From assembly GCA_001662655.1 (NCBI GenBank), contig KV460223.1: DNA of 64,000 nt; one strand, 5' to 3'. The translations under genes and the position numbers were made by a program. Below, piece after piece: positions 61,174 through 64,000 of this stretch. The stretch comes from Pseudogymnoascus verrucosus (taxonomy: Eukaryota). Position 1 is the first letter of the stretch. Each line of letters starts with the position of its first letter. The notes beneath the pieces were generated by a model. It was not told the origin of the DNA, made no database searches, and was given only the letters and a program-made list of their open reading frames with translations.

Positions 61174-63623
61174 CAGTGTTGCCCGAATACCGCTCCGAGT
61201 ACTACTCGAGCATCCTCGAGTAGAGTACTGAAAATTGAAGCTCGAGTACCGGTATTCGAGTACCGGTACTCGAATACCTCGAGTAGTACTCGAGCTTAAA
61301 ATAGATATTGATATAAAACTGTATATTACTATTCTAACTCTCATTATCTGCATCGTCGCCGCTGTCTTCGTCGTCGCCTTGTGATAAAACACCCTAATTC
61401 CGTAAGCAAAGTAGATATCTAAGTGTAGAAGGCGATAATCAGTTCCGTTTCTTTGTGATAATATCACTACCGACACTAAATACTCGTTCTAAGTCTGCTA
61501 AGGTAGCTGGAATAGCTAGGTAATCCCTTGTAATAGAAGCAATTAATAGATATTAGTATTGCTTACTCTACTAATACTTAAGAATATCTGTATCCCTACT
61601 AACTGTCAGCTCCTTTATCTATTGCTTCTATTCTAGCTTAATATTGTAGCAGCTTTGTAATACGTATAGCTCATCTTCTAAGTTGATATTGATATTTATA
61701 GCTTGCTCTATATCTAGATCCTTAGCTTTAATACTATTTATAACGTCTGCTGCTTGAATATTAGACTTGCAGCCTAAATATCAATAGAAGTAGTCCTACC
61801 ACTATGCTTTTACCCTATTCTTCCTAGTTAAGTGCATGCTATCTTTCTATATAATATTAAAGACGTTAAAGTTATACTAAGGATTATAGATCGTAGCAAT
61901 TGTAAAGTGGCTCTGTTGCTGATTTATAGCTAGAGTATAGTAATCATTAAGCTTCTTTAATGCAATTAACGTAGTAGTAGCAATTAGGCTTCGTTCTAGT
62001 AGCTTACTTCTTATATCTTTAAGCTTCTTAATTATCCTTATTTACTATAGAACAGCGTAGTTAAGAGATAGATAAGAAGAGCCCTATAACTTCTTAGTTA
62101 GGCAGACAAAGATATAGAATAGCTTTAATAAGTTATGTAGTGTAGCCTAGTCTACTACTATTAAAGCAATATCTCTTATACTAATATTAAGTTGCTATAA
62201 TGCGTATAAAGCTGTAATTAGAACCTAAAGCTTTAAAGCTATATTAATTATATAATAAGTTAAGCTCTATTAGACTAGCATATTAAGAGTTAACTAACAG
62301 ACTTTAATACTTATAGCTTTACACTAATTCTTTAAGGCATCTTTCTATCTATAGCAGTTCTAAAATATATATATATAACGCTAGAGCTTAGCAAGAATAG
62401 TAACGATATCATTTTTAGAAGTAAGTAGTATTTATACTACCCTAATCTTAAGCTAATATACCTCTAGGCCTTTATCTAGTGTTGCTTTTAAAGAGGCTAA
62501 AGTAGCTTAAATAGTAATATTAATAATATGCCTAATATAGCGTACGTCTCCTACTTTTGCTATAAAAGCCTATAGTTGTTTTAGAGTAACAGGTTGTACT
62601 AAAGCTAGCTTCTTATATTCTAATAGCATAGTTGTATTCGTAGAGGCGTTATCTCTTATAATAGTAAAGATTGTAGGCGTAATACTATAATCGTCCGTTA
62701 CATTTATCAACTATTTAGCAAGGTATTCGCTAGAGTAGATTAGCTCTTATAGGTGTATAATGTTAAGTATAGTATTTCTCATTTGCTAATTATCATTAAT
62801 CTAGTGTACTATAACTACTATATACTTAGAATAGTTCTAAGTAGACTAAGTATCTATCGTTATTACTAGTTGTCTACTGCTTATAATATGCTGTTGTAAT
62901 TCTACTTAAAGCTATGCTTTATAATAGCAGAATAGTCGATATAGATCCTGTCTAATTATAGTTCTACTAACTATTAAGACTATAGGATTTAGATAGTAAA
63001 CTAATTACTAGAAGGATTAGCTTTTAATAAGGCGTAATAGTAGGTTATTTGATACTATAAAAGAGAGAACAAGCTCTTTATATTTCATCGAACTTAGTGC
63101 ATTACTAAGTGCTTAGCGGGGCTAGAAGAAAGCAGAAGTAGAAGTAGAGGGTGTTGATGAGCTTTGAATTGAAGATATTGTATTATATTCTACATGCACT
63201 AATGGGTGCTGCTTCTAAAGATGCTTCTATAGATTGCTCGTTGTTAGGTTCTTTAGGGGCTAGCTCGGCGTATATCTACAATTAGTTTAAAGGCATTAGT
63301 ATTAGATTCTAGCAGGTACTATATCTAATAAAGTACAGTAGAATAGTCTTTTAGAAAAGAGTATTGATGTAGAATTAGGTAATTGAACTCTTAGAGGCAT
63401 ATGTAGCATCGAAATAAGGGGCATTAGAATAAGGGGCAGCAGCTCTAAAGCATCAGACTGATACTCAGCCGGCACTAGCGACAGCGAAGAGTCACTCATT
63501 ATAGGAAGTAATATAGAACGCTCAAGTAGAAGCTTCAATTATCTATTCTACAATCTATATTACCCCTCTTTGCCAAGGGCTTGGCAGTACTCGAGTATTC
63601 AGAGTAGTACTCGGGCAACACTG
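61174..63623 (-). mobile_element. Full-length (2,450 bp) hAT-superfamily DNA transposon, inactivated by RIP-type mutation
   Basis: TIRs CAGTGTTGCCCGA(A/G)TAC at both ends (16/17 identical). Perfect 8-bp TSD GTTACCTC at 61166-61173 and 63624-63631. Subterminal CTCGAGTA repeats and transposase remnants on the - strand. Confidence 0.95.
61340..63440 (-). pseudogene. Degenerate hAT transposase (BED zinc finger, catalytic core, hAT dimerisation domain); boundaries approximate
   Basis: Minus-strand fragments TTSNL*KHL*KQHP (~63200-63245), VITIDT*ST (~62840-62870), RDNASTN (~62640-62660), VRYIRHIIN (~62520-62550), DILKY**SKQY*YLLIASITRDYLAIPATLADLERVFS (~61475-61590). The stops fit TGG>TAG and CAR>TAR transitions. 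Confidence 0.9.
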
Positions 63624-63839
63624 GTTACCTCTACTAATTAATACCCATCTATATAATCAAAAACACCAAATCAAAATAAGTGGTGATAACGTAAAATAGG
63701 CATCCTCAGTCCGTACTTTCCAAAACATTCCTAGCCTGCCGTGGAATTCGACCACTCCTCCTTCAGGGAAAGCCCCAAAAAGGCAGATATCAAACACACG
63801 ATCTGCCTTCTAGCTGGCCATAACCAAGTGGATCACAGA

Positions 63840-64000
63840 TCATGCTTGGTTGTTGCCTTGCGCCGCAAGCTTTTGCTCTTCAAAGATGGATAACGGGATT
63901 GGACCACCACTCTCGACTTCCTCACTTGCCACCGCGACTACGCCGCTTGCTATGGCGGGTGCGTGGTGAGCTTTCATCCAGTAGGGCGCGTCATGGGGTA
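63840..64000 (-). CDS. Possible 3' end of an unidentified gene entering from the right edge
   Basis: One open minus frame PHDAPYWMKAHH...EEQKLAAQGNNQA* ending at TGA 63842-63840, with coding-like GC. No recognisable motif. Confidence 0.3.
   Translation of the reverse strand, partial: PHDAPYWMKAHHAPAIASGVVAVASEEVESGGPIPLSIFEEQKLAAQGNNQA

Noticed and set aside
63302..63538. 78-aa ORF inside the transposon as an intact gene
   Set aside because: It is a residual stop-free piece at the 5' end of the RIP-mutated transposase region.
1..64000. tRNA, rRNA or snoRNA genes, and stop-codon readthrough (TGA-CTA) peroxisomal extensions
   Set aside because: None was recognised by eye, and the stop contexts checked lack the readthrough motif. 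A tRNAscan-SE/Infernal run is needed to exclude small RNAs.

Overview
Intron-containing genomic DNA from a filamentous ascomycete. Gene content and style suggest a Leotiomycete, possibly Pseudogymnoascus, but that assignment is an inference. About 18 protein-coding genes can be reconstructed by hand. In order: CSN3 (partial), PRO2, a fungal TACC/Slk19-like protein, the APSES regulator StuA behind a ~6 kb non-coding upstream region, a PTS1-bearing propionyl-CoA synthetase, a ccg-6-like GPI wall protein, an ApsA/Num1-like PH protein, an integral membrane protein and a Goodbye-NACHT-TPR-ZZ NLR-like gene. Then comes a tightly packed housekeeping block (UBP14, ISU1, DBP3, RFT1, a repeat-built coiled-coil gene, OST3, MRM2), followed by neutral ceramidase, a DUF1479/Gig2 oxygenase-like gene and a sterol glucosyltransferase. 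The window also holds a complete but RIP-destroyed 2,450-bp hAT transposon with TIRs and a perfect 8-bp TSD. Main points of interest: (1) a 166-codon AUG-less in-frame extension upstream of stuA, overlapped by an AUG-UGA-AUG uORF pair; (2) a RIP-scarred NLR gene whose C-terminal 12-nt repeat switches from CAG to TAG; (3) a C-rich to G-rich polarity that resets at each exon in many genes; (4) convergent DBP3/RFT1 stop codons only 20 bp apart. All calls come from manual reading and recalled family motifs; no database searches were run.
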